From the NCBI GenBank assembly GCA_028281325.1, contig JANQKC010000031.1, positions 25,223 through 89,222 of the forward strand: a stretch of 64,000 nt of DNA. Direction: 5' to 3'. The DNA is from Alphaproteobacteria bacterium. GTDB taxonomy: Bacteria > Pseudomonadota > Alphaproteobacteria > UBA8366. Below are positions 27,554 through 35,825 of this stretch, piece by piece. The stretch's first letter is position 1; each line of letters starts with the position of its first letter. Below the pieces are notes generated by a model that saw only the letters and a list, made by a program, of their open reading frames with translations, was not told the DNA's origin and made no database searches. A program made the translations under genes and the position numbers.

Positions 27554-29155
27554 GTGTTGATGCAGGATCTTGTCTCCGGTCAGGTGGAGGCGCGCCCCAA
27601 CGCAACCGCGCTGGTGATGGGGGCTGACAAGATTTCTTATGGCGACTTGGATATCTTAAGCAATCGCGCGGCGAGTATGCTGCGCGAAATGGGCTGCAAG
27701 CCCGGCGACCGCGTCTGCCTGTTGCTGCCCAAGGCGATTCCGACGATTGCCGCCATGCTCGGCGTATTGAAGGCCGGCTGCCTCTATGTCCCGATGGATC
27801 TGGAAAGCCCGACCGAGCGGCTGGCGCGAATCACGAAAGCCTGCGAGCCGGCGGTGATCCTGGTTGCCAACGACTCGATCGAACAGCTTATTGAACTCCG
27901 TGACCTGTCCCCCGAGGCGAAATCGGCGCGGTGCGGTACCCTTGCCGATGATCTTGATGCGCCCGCGGGTTTGGATCTCGCCTTCTCCGGGCCGGATGTC
28001 GCGCAGATGCCGGCTGCGGCGTTCGACAGCCGTCGCGGGGCCGGCGATACGGCCCATATCCTGTTCACCTCCGGATCGACCGGCGATCCGAAGGGCGTCC
28101 AAATCTCACATGGGAATGTCGTGTCCTTCGTGGAATGGGGACGGCGCCATTTCCAGATCGGGACCGACGATCGCACGTCCGGCCAGCCGCCGTTGCATTT
28201 CGATCTCTCGACATTCGACATTTTCGGATCGCTCGCCGCCGGCGCGGAGCTTCACCTCGTGCCGGGGTCTTTGAATCTGTTTCCCAACAAGGTCGCCGAT
28301 TTGATTCGGACGTCACGGCTGACGCAATGGTTCTCGGTGCCGTCCCTGTTGTCCTATATGATGAAGTTCGATGTCGTGAAACAAGGCGATTTCCCGGACC
28401 TCAAACGTCTTATCTGGTGCGGCGAAGTGTTCCCGACGCCGGGGCTGATCTACTGGATGGAGCGGTTGCCGCACGTCACGTTCACGAACCTATACGGTCC
28501 GACCGAGGCGACGATCGCCAGCAGCTATTACACCGTGCCGGCCTGCCCGCCGGAGGCGACGTGGCAGACGCCGATCGGCAAGGCGTGCGACGGCGAGGAA
28601 CTGCTGGTTCTGGATGAGGCGTTGAAGCCGGTGGAAACCGGCGCGGTGGGCGACCTCTACATCGGCGGGGAGGGCCTGAGCCCTGGATACTGGAAGGACA
28701 CGGCGAAGACCGCCGCCGTATTCATCGACGATCCGCGAAGCGACCGCGCCGGCGCCCGGATATACAAGACCGGCGATTTGGCGACCGTTGGGGAGGACGG
28801 TCTCGTCTATTTCCTGGGTCGTGCGGACAGTCAGATCAAGTCGCGCGGGTACCGTATCGAACTCGGCGAGATCGAGACCGCCGCGAACGCAATCGACGCC
28901 GTCAGCGAGGCGGCGATCGTCGCGATCGAGGGCGAAGGATTCGAAGGGGCCATCATCTGCTGCGCTTATGCGAGTATGGAGGCGCAGGACCTCTCGCCCG
29001 CGGACTTGCGGCGGGCGCTGACCGAGAAACTGCCGAAATACATGCTGCCGTCACGCTGGCTCATGCTCGACCCGTTACCAAAAAACGCCAATGGCAAGAT
29101 TGACCGCAAAACCCTAAGGGAGCGCTTTAGCAATGGTTTGGGTCAGGCCGCTTGA
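27554..29155 (+). CDS. stand-alone amino-acid adenylation enzyme (NRPS A-domain / DltA-like)
   Basis: 533 aa with the canonical A-domain cores. A3 is LFTSGSTGDPKG, A4 is LHFDLSTFDIF, A5 is NLYGPTE, A7 is YKTGDL, A8 is GRADSQIKSRGYRIELGEIE and A10 is PKNANGKIDRK. No condensation, thiolation or thioesterase domain is fused. Start may be GTG 27554, TTG 27557 or ATG 27560. Confidence 0.9.
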   Translation: MLMQDLVSGQVEARPNATALVMGADKISYGDLDILSNRAASMLREMGCKPGDRVCLLLPKAIPTIAAMLGVLKAGCLYVPMDLESPTERLARITKACEPAVILVANDSIEQLIELRDLSPEAKSARCGTLADDLDAPAGLDLAFSGPDVAQMPAAAFDSRRGAGDTAHILFTSGSTGDPKGVQISHGNVVSFVEWGRRHFQIGTDDRTSGQPPLHFDLSTFDIFGSLAAGAELHLVPGSLNLFPNKVADLIRTSRLTQWFSVPSLLSYMMKFDVVKQGDFPDLKRLIWCGEVFPTPGLIYWMERLPHVTFTNLYGPTEATIASSYYTVPACPPEATWQTPIGKACDGEELLVLDEALKPVETGAVGDLYIGGEGLSPGYWKDTAKTAAVFIDDPRSDRAGARIYKTGDLATVGEDGLVYFLGRADSQIKSRGYRIELGEIETAANAIDAVSEAAIVAIEGEGFEGAIICCAYASMEAQDLSPADLRRALTEKLPKYMLPSRWLMLDPLPKNANGKIDRKTLRERFSNGLGQAA

Positions 29156-29690
29156 ACCGCATGACCTCGAATTGGCGGCCGAATGGCTGTCGAACGAGCG
29201 GAACTATGCTTGGCTGGATTTCGGCGGCGGCGTGCAGCATCTGTCGCCGCTGGCGTTGGCGGCAATGTCGCAGCGCCCCACCCATGACTTGATGGTCTTT
29301 GGCGTGAAAGGGGAACCGACGCCGATCGGACTGATTGGTGTTAGTAACATTGCGCCAATGTTTGGCTCGGGCACGCTTTGGTATGTATTAGGCGAGAAAA
29401 CGTTCGAAACGAAAGGAATCACCAGCAGGGCCGTCGCACGGGCCCTTGACCGCGCTTTCGGAACGCTCGGTTTAGAAAGCGTGAATGCGTGGGTCGTGGC
29501 GAACAACATCGGATCGATCAGAGTGCTGGAGAAAAACGGATTTCAGCAGATCGGCCGTCAAAGAAAATGTCATCGAATCGGTGCGACACTGGTGGATCGG
29601 ATTCATTTCGATAAATTGGCCGATGAGCAAACGCAAGATCGGTGGGACGATTCTGAAAGACGGCTCGGCGGCGCAAGAAACGAGCATTGA
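29133..29690 (+). CDS. GNAT-family N-acyltransferase (RimJ/RimL-like)
   Basis: 185 aa. It overlaps the adenylation gene by 23 nt. Motifs: VRPLEPHDLELAAEWLSN and the acyl-CoA-binding region ESVNAWVVANNIGSIRVLEKNGFQQIG. Confidence 0.8.
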   Translation: MVWVRPLEPHDLELAAEWLSNERNYAWLDFGGGVQHLSPLALAAMSQRPTHDLMVFGVKGEPTPIGLIGVSNIAPMFGSGTLWYVLGEKTFETKGITSRAVARALDRAFGTLGLESVNAWVVANNIGSIRVLEKNGFQQIGRQRKCHRIGATLVDRIHFDKLADEQTQDRWDDSERRLGGARNEH

Positions 29691-29736
29691 ACTACAAATC
29701 GCGTTAGGGGCACGCGGCGGGAGAGTGAGGAGTAAA

Positions 29737-30021
29737 GTGGAGCAAAACGTAGCATCGGGTGGGTGCAACGAGACGACGGATCGGATTTTGAGCATCCTGA
29801 CGGACCAGTTGAACCTGACAGTTCCGACACCACAGACAGACTTGATCGGCGAGGGCATTCTCGATTCCCTGGCGCTGGTGGATTTGATCATGCATCTCGA
29901 GGGCGAATTCGGTTTCGCGGTCGAACCGGACCAACTCGAGTTGGATAATTTTCAGACAGTCGAACGCATCGGCCAGATGGTCTTGCAGTCGACCGCCGAG
30001 CTGAGGAGCGCCGCGGTCTAG
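29737..30021 (+). CDS. acyl/peptidyl carrier protein (phosphopantetheine attachment site)
   Basis: This is the C-terminal 94 codons of ORF 29485..30021. A GTG at 29737 is preceded by a GAGG Shine-Dalgarno sequence (29727-29730). The 4'-PP attachment motif is LIGEGILDSLALVDLIMHLE. Size and acidic character are typical of ACP, PCP or DltC. Confidence 0.8.
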   Translation: MEQNVASGGCNETTDRILSILTDQLNLTVPTPQTDLIGEGILDSLALVDLIMHLEGEFGFAVEPDQLELDNFQTVERIGQMVLQSTAELRSAAV

Positions 30022-30072
30022 TTAACGGCAGGGCGGCGACGCGCGGACCATCGTTTGCATCGGACAGAAAAC

Positions 30073-30103
30073 AACGCCGCCGGCATCGACCGGCGGCGTT
30101 TTT
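30073..30103. terminator. bidirectional rho-independent terminator
   Basis: 11-bp stem AACGCCGCCGG (30073-30083) / CCGGCGGCGTT (30090-30100), loop CATCGA, then TTT. An A-run lies on the other side. It sits between the carrier-protein stop (30021) and the uxs stop (30126). Confidence 0.7.
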
Positions 30104-30125
30104 CGTTCAGGCCCAGGGATCGAGG

Positions 30126-31073
30126 TTAGGTATTGCGCCGCAGCAGGTCTTCGAAGAATGCGACGGTTTTCACCAACCCTTCGTCGAGGGGAATCTTCGG
30201 CTCCCAGTCGAGATGCTTCTTCGCCGCCGCGATGTTCGGGCAGCGCTGGGTCGGGTCGTCCTGTGGCAGCGGATGATAGCTGATCTCGGACTTCGAGCCG
30301 GTCATCTCGACGACCTTTTCGGCGAGTTGCTTGATCGTGAACTCTCCCGGATTGCCGAGGTTCATCGGGCCCGTGACCTCGCTCGGCGCGTCCATCAGGT
30401 TCAGGAAACCGCGGATGAGATCGTCGACGTAGCAGAAGGAGCGGGTCTGGCTGCCGTCGCCGAAGATGGTGATCGGCTGGTTCTGCAGCGCCTGCATGAT
30501 GAAGTTGGACACGACGCGTCCGTCGTTCGGCAGCATGCGCGGACCGTAGGTGTTGAAGATACGGGCGACGCGGATGTCGACCTTGTGTTGGCGGTGGTAG
30601 TCGAAGAACAGTGTTTCGGCGCAGCGCTTGCCTTCGTCGTAGCAGGCGCGCGGACCGATCGTGTTCACATTGCCGTGGTAGTCTTCGGTCTGCGGATGAA
30701 CGTCCGGGTCGCCGTAGACCTCGCTGGTCGAGGCCTGGAAGATCTTCGCCCGGACCCGCTTCGCCAGGCCCAGCATGTTGATCGCGCCATGCACCGACGT
30801 CTTGGTCGTCTGCACCGGGTCGAACTGGTAGTGGACCGGCGAGGCCGGGCAGGCGAGGTTGTAGATCTCGTTGACCTCGACATAGAGCGGAAAGGTCACG
30901 TCGTGGCGCATGACCTCGAAATACGGGTTGTCCAGGAGATGGGCGATGTTGTCCTTCGTGCCGGTGAAATAGTTATCGACGCAGAGAACGTCGTGGCCGC
31001 GCTCCAACAATTGCTCGCACAGATGCGAACCCAGAAATCCGGCGCCACCGGTTACCAATACGCGCTTACGCAC
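30126..31073 (-). CDS. uxs: UDP-glucuronic acid decarboxylase (UDP-xylose synthase)
   Basis: 315 aa with very strong resemblance to UXS. Motifs: [63 protein letters not shown], and YxxxK in [11 protein letters not shown]. Confidence 0.9.
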   Translation of the reverse strand: MRKRVLVTGGAGFLGSHLCEQLLERGHDVLCVDNYFTGTKDNIAHLLDNPYFEVMRHDVTFPLYVEVNEIYNLACPASPVHYQFDPVQTTKTSVHGAINMLGLAKRVRAKIFQASTSEVYGDPDVHPQTEDYHGNVNTIGPRACYDEGKRCAETLFFDYHRQHKVDIRVARIFNTYGPRMLPNDGRVVSNFIMQALQNQPITIFGDGSQTRSFCYVDDLIRGFLNLMDAPSEVTGPMNLGNPGEFTIKQLAEKVVEMTGSKSEISYHPLPQDDPTQRCPNIAAAKKHLDWEPKIPLDEGLVKTVAFFEDLLRRNT

Positions 31074-31191
31074 TTTCGCTTCTCCTAAAACTCAAAATCC
31101 AAATCGGGCGCCGAGGCGGGACCTTTGGCACGGCCCACAGCCTCGGCAATTGTCATTAAATTACCGTTAACCAATAACGATTTGCGTCGTC

Positions 31192-32475
31192 CTATCCGCC
31201 ATGTCCGTCCTTGGCGATCTGTAATCGATCTTCGCTACCGCGCGGTTTCTTGAACCGGCCGAAAATCGCGTCATAGGCCGCCAGCAGCGGCGGCACCGAA
31301 TGCTGCCACACCAGCTTTTCGCGCACGCGGGTCGAACCGTACTCCGACATACGCTTGCGCGTTTCCGGGTCGTCCAGCAGTTTGGCGACCTCTTCGGCGA
31401 GGGCGGTCTCGGAATTGGACTCGGCATAGATCGCGGCGTCCTGCGCCGACACCCGATGCTCCGTCAGGTCGTAGGACACGATCGGCAGGCCGAAGAACAT
31501 GTATTCCATGATCTTGTTCATGGTGCTCTTGTCCGACCAGTCGGTCTTCGGATCCGGGTCCACGGCCACGTCCGCCGAGGACAGGATGCGGCAGAGGTCC
31601 TCGTCGCTGACCCGGCCGGTGAAGGTGCAGATATCGCCGACACCTTGGTCGTCCGCGTATTCCTTGAGCAAGGGTTGTTCCGGGCCGCCGCCGACGAAGA
31701 CGGCCTGCACGTCGTTGCGTCCCAGGTCGTCGCGCAGAATCTTCACCGCGCGGACCAGATGATCCACGCCGTCCTGTTTGCACATTTCGCCCAGATAGAC
31801 GATCGCGAACGGCTTGCCCTTTTTCCAGCTCGGGTCGGGATCGTAGACCTTGAAGCGGCTGACGTCCGGGCCCGACCGCACGACATAGACGTCGTCGGCC
31901 GCCATGCCGCCGCGGTCCTGGGCGATCTTCTTGTGGCTTTCGTTGGTGGTGATGACCACGTCGGCGGTCTTGAAGGTCATCCGCTCCAGGAACAACAGGC
32001 CCCGGTACATCGCCCCGCCCTCGCGCTCGAACTTGGCCGCATACATTTCCGGCGACAAGTCGTGGTGATCGAACAGGAAGCGCTTGCCGAAAATCCGCCA
32101 GAACCAGCCGAGCAGCCAGAACGTCTCGGGCGGGTTGCAGGCATGGATGATGTCGAAGCCGCGGCCGGAGACGGCGATGCGGACCGACTTCATGAAGCTC
32201 CGGATGAAGCACCACGCGAATTCCATCACGAATCCCAGCGCGCCCTGCGCGTCGATCGGCAGGTCGTAGCGGTAGATGTCGACGCCTTCCAGGGTTTCGA
32301 AGGATGTGTTGTAGCCCTTCGCCTTGGGGCAGATGACGCTGACGCTGTAGCCCGCTTCAGTGAGCGAGGTCGCTTCGAGCCAGACCCGCCGGTCGAACGG
32401 GACCGGCAGGTTCTGGACGATGATCAGGACGCGCCGGCCGTTACCAGCAGATGCCATTGTAGCCACCATTCGCAT
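31192..32475 (-). CDS. GT4-family glycosyltransferase (WbuB-like)
   Basis: 427 aa. Motifs: RVLIIVQNLPVPFDRRVWLEATSLTEAGYSVSVICPK, and the C-terminal KSTMNKIMEYMFFGLPIVSYDL. The start overlaps the upstream dehydrogenase stop by up to 35 nt. Confidence 0.85.
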   Translation of the reverse strand: MRMVATMASAGNGRRVLIIVQNLPVPFDRRVWLEATSLTEAGYSVSVICPKAKGYNTSFETLEGVDIYRYDLPIDAQGALGFVMEFAWCFIRSFMKSVRIAVSGRGFDIIHACNPPETFWLLGWFWRIFGKRFLFDHHDLSPEMYAAKFEREGGAMYRGLLFLERMTFKTADVVITTNESHKKIAQDRGGMAADDVYVVRSGPDVSRFKVYDPDPSWKKGKPFAIVYLGEMCKQDGVDHLVRAVKILRDDLGRNDVQAVFVGGGPEQPLLKEYADDQGVGDICTFTGRVSDEDLCRILSSADVAVDPDPKTDWSDKSTMNKIMEYMFFGLPIVSYDLTEHRVSAQDAAIYAESNSETALAEEVAKLLDDPETRKRMSEYGSTRVREKLVWQHSVPPLLAAYDAIFGRFKKPRGSEDRLQIAKDGHGG

Positions 32476-33754
32476 TCGCTTCGTTTTCGATACGCACCAG
32501 GTCGATGACGCGTTGAGAGTCGTTCAGCCGGCCGACCACGTCCGAGAAGCGGCTGTCGCCGTTGCCGATCACGATGGTGCCGCCATGGGTCACTACCTCG
32601 TCCATGTCGTCGACCATCAGCTTTGCGATATGCGGCAGATGCTCGTAGATATAGGCGCGGTTCGCGCCGACCAGACGGCTGAGGTTGACGTTCTGGTCGA
32701 AGATGCGGATTTCGTGCCCCTTGCCGAGCAGGCGCTCCACCAATTCGACCATCGGGCTTTCCCGCAGGTCGTCCGTCCCCGCCTTGAAGCTGAGGCCCAG
32801 GACGCCGACATTCTTCTCGTTCAGGTCCATGATCATCTGCATCGCGCGGTCGATGTGGCTACGGTTGCTGGGCATGATCGAGTTGATCAGCGGCAGTTCC
32901 AGGTCGAGGCTGCGGCCCTTGTAGTTCAGTGCGCGCACGTCCTTCGGCAGGCAGGAGCCGCCGAAGGCGAATCCCGGCCGAAGATATTTCGACGAGATGT
33001 TCAGCTTCGTGTCCTGACAGAAGATGTCCATCACCGCGCCGCCGTCGATGCCGACCGCCTTGCTGATGCTGCCGATCTCGTTGCCGAAGGCGACCTTCAA
33101 GGCATGCCAGGTGTTATCGGCGTATTTGACCATTTCGGCGACTTCGTAGTCGGCGCAGCTCAGCGGTGCGTCGAAGTCGGCATTCAGCGATTCCAGCATG
33201 GCGCGGGTGCGGTCGTCGCTGGCCGCGATGACGACTTTCGGCGGATTGTAGAAATCGTAGACCGCCGTGCTCTCGCGGAGGAATTCCGGGAAGAAGCCGA
33301 CGCCGAAATCCACGCCGGCCTTCTTGCCGGACGCTTTTTCGAGGGTTGGGATCACCAGCGTGCGAAGGGTGCCGGGCAGGACCGTGCTGCGGATGATGAT
33401 GGCCGTGAAGCCGTCCTTGTCGCGCAACTCTTCACCGATGTCCTCGCAGACCCGCTGAACGAAATCCAGGTTCAGGTTCCCGTTGACGGCGCTCGGCGTG
33501 CCGACGCAGACGATGGCGAGTTCGCTGTCGCGGATCGCGGCGCGGTTGTCCGTGGTCGCCCGCAAGGTGCCCTTGCTGACCGCCTCGGCGATCATCTCGT
33601 CGACGTCCTTCTCGACGACCGGGCTCTTACCCTTATTGATGAGGTCCGTCTTGCTGTCGTTGAAATCGACGCCGATGACGTTATGCCCTTCCTTCGACAG
33701 GCACGCCGCCGAGACGGCGCCCACATAGCCTAGGCCGAAAATCGCAATATCCAT
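32441..33754 (-). CDS. nucleotide-sugar 6-dehydrogenase, GDP-mannose dehydrogenase (AlgD)-like subfamily
   Basis: 437 aa. The N-terminus IAIFGLGYVGAVSAACLSKEGHNVIGVDFNDSKTDLINKGKSPVVE closely recalls AlgD. The catalytic Cys lies in FGGSCLPKDVRAL. Substrate (GDP-Man versus UDP-Glc) is not resolvable by eye. Confidence 0.85.
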   Translation of the reverse strand: MDIAIFGLGYVGAVSAACLSKEGHNVIGVDFNDSKTDLINKGKSPVVEKDVDEMIAEAVSKGTLRATTDNRAAIRDSELAIVCVGTPSAVNGNLNLDFVQRVCEDIGEELRDKDGFTAIIIRSTVLPGTLRTLVIPTLEKASGKKAGVDFGVGFFPEFLRESTAVYDFYNPPKVVIAASDDRTRAMLESLNADFDAPLSCADYEVAEMVKYADNTWHALKVAFGNEIGSISKAVGIDGGAVMDIFCQDTKLNISSKYLRPGFAFGGSCLPKDVRALNYKGRSLDLELPLINSIMPSNRSHIDRAMQMIMDLNEKNVGVLGLSFKAGTDDLRESPMVELVERLLGKGHEIRIFDQNVNLSRLVGANRAYIYEHLPHIAKLMVDDMDEVVTHGGTIVIGNGDSRFSDVVGRLNDSQRVIDLVRIENEANANGGYNGICW

Positions 33755-33773
33755 TTTTCGTTCTTTCCTTCTT

Positions 33774-35825
33774 TTACGAAACGGTCGAGGCGTCGGCTTC
33801 TTCGGCCGAGGCTTGGGTTCCGCTTCGATCCTTCAAATCAATTTTGATATCGGTGTTCAGTGTGTCGCCGCCGCCGGTCCGACCTTTCCCGACCAGCGTC
33901 GTGATCGGCATCTTGGCGCCGAAACACGGGGAGTACCATCCGAGCGGCGGTTCGGTTTGTCCGCGCACGGTGGACCATTCCAAAGCCACGGGCAGTTGCA
34001 TCGTCGCGCGTCGCGTTCCGGCGGCGGTCTGCCAACGCAATTGCGCCACGCTGCCGTCCAGGAAGCAATCGACCTCGGGGCCGAGATGAAAGGCGAGACG
34101 GCAGTCCACCTGTCCCGCGCTTTCGACGATATCCTCGATGACCATCCGTCCGTCCCCGCGTGCCAATCGAACGCTGCGCTGATGCCGCGCGGACGGCGTC
34201 AATCGCGCATAACCGCGATGGGCCGCGGTCCAGACCGCTTCGTCACCGTCCTGGAGGCCGGCGGTCGCGACGGCTTCGCCGTCGGTCGACTTCAGCCACA
34301 TGAATGGACCGCCGGGTTGCGACTGATCCTCGCCACCGAGTTCGAGGCAGTTATGCCCGATCGTCGAGCGGAAATAGGACCGCCACTCGGCCTCGCCCTG
34401 ATAGGTGTAGGTTCCGGGATCGACCAGGATTTCGACCCCACCGCACCGCAGTTCCACCGACAGGGCGTCGGCATGCGCGTGCGCGGCGATCGACAGGAAA
34501 CCGTGCGGTCCCTCGTCGCAACGGCACCAGATTTCGTCGTCGCCGCCGGCGTTGTCGCGCAGGATGACCATGCCGGCATCCTCGAACTTGTGCGGCATGA
34601 CGTCCGGCCGGCCGCCGCTTGGCATCGGTCCATCGATCAGATTCCGCCATAACAGGGTGCGCAGGTCGTCCGGGCCTGTATCCGGCCACCAGTCCTGGCG
34701 TCCAAAGATCGCCGCACCGGTCGCCAGCAGCGACGGGCAGGGGTTGGCGTTCGGGTCGTCCAGGACCAGGCCGCGGCCCTCATCGCCGTCGCCCTGGCGC
34801 GGCGGCCGGCTGCGTACGTCGATCATCGCGGCCAGCGCATCGGTCATGGCGCAGATGCAGTGCCAGAAGGGCGAGCCCAAGGGCGTGCCGGCGGCTTCGC
34901 CTTCAATGGCGGCGGCGAGGAAAAGCTCTAGGACAAAGACATGATAGCTGGAGGCCAGTTCCTTGTTGATGCCGGACGCGAAGGTCTGCAACTCCGCTTC
35001 GCGCCGCAGGGCGGTGGCGGAATGCTCGCGCCAGGACGCCGATTCCGGGAAGAAGGGGAAGGCGCAGCTCGCGGCGAACTGGCCGGCTTCCTCGGCGATC
35101 ACGTGATTGTTGGCCGACGACCCATGGCTCGGCAGCGCCGCCAGATACTCTTGATGATGGTGAAGCTGACGCAGGAAATCCGGATTGTCGTCGAACAGTT
35201 CCTTGACCCGGGGCGAGCCGTCGAGCAGCCGGCGGATCCAGACCCAGGAGATCAGGCGGCAACCCAACTCGATGCCGCTGGTCCAATGGACGCCGGACAG
35301 GAACGGGTTGTTCTGCCACCAGGACCGGAGCTGGTCGGCCACGAACTCGGCATAGCGGTCGTCCGACGTCAGCAGATAGGCCGCTGCCAAGACGGTAAGC
35401 TGATAATGCCGCGACGGTTCCCAGACATACTTGATCGTGCCCACCTGTTCGACGTTGCGGTGGTCGATGTCGAAGGCATAGGTGTCGTTGGGCGCGCGCC
35501 GGCCGGTCCGGATATCCAGGAACCAGTCGGGATCACGGTTGAGGTCGTCATGCTCCCGGTCGAAGAAATGGAACCGTCCCGCGAGCGCGGCGTCGGCGGC
35601 CCGCAGCAGGCGCGCCCGGCCGTCCGCCGACAGCGTATCCGGATCGAAATCGCGGAGCGGCGTCGGAAAGGGCACGACGGACGCGGGCAACGGCAACGGG
35701 TCTTCCTGACCCGGCCGAATCTGCCGGCTTCGCCAGCGGCGTTTGATCCACTGGTCGGCGACCCGGCCCTTGATCTCCGCAGGGGACATCCGGGCCAGTC
35801 GCCGCATGTACCACGTCAGGTTCAT
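33774..35825 (-). CDS. heparinase II/III-like (alginate-lyase-superfamily) protein, no signal peptide
   Basis: 683 aa. The (alpha/alpha)-toroid region contains HWTSGIELGCRLISWVW and SSANNHVIAEEAGQFAAS. The C-terminal Hepar_II_III-like region contains HAHADALSVEL. The start ATG overlaps the upstream gene's stop (ATGA). Confidence 0.75.
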   Translation of the reverse strand: MNLTWYMRRLARMSPAEIKGRVADQWIKRRWRSRQIRPGQEDPLPLPASVVPFPTPLRDFDPDTLSADGRARLLRAADAALAGRFHFFDREHDDLNRDPDWFLDIRTGRRAPNDTYAFDIDHRNVEQVGTIKYVWEPSRHYQLTVLAAAYLLTSDDRYAEFVADQLRSWWQNNPFLSGVHWTSGIELGCRLISWVWIRRLLDGSPRVKELFDDNPDFLRQLHHHQEYLAALPSHGSSANNHVIAEEAGQFAASCAFPFFPESASWREHSATALRREAELQTFASGINKELASSYHVFVLELFLAAAIEGEAAGTPLGSPFWHCICAMTDALAAMIDVRSRPPRQGDGDEGRGLVLDDPNANPCPSLLATGAAIFGRQDWWPDTGPDDLRTLLWRNLIDGPMPSGGRPDVMPHKFEDAGMVILRDNAGGDDEIWCRCDEGPHGFLSIAAHAHADALSVELRCGGVEILVDPGTYTYQGEAEWRSYFRSTIGHNCLELGGEDQSQPGGPFMWLKSTDGEAVATAGLQDGDEAVWTAAHRGYARLTPSARHQRSVRLARGDGRMVIEDIVESAGQVDCRLAFHLGPEVDCFLDGSVAQLRWQTAAGTRRATMQLPVALEWSTVRGQTEPPLGWYSPCFGAKMPITTLVGKGRTGGGDTLNTDIKIDLKDRSGTQASAEEADASTVS

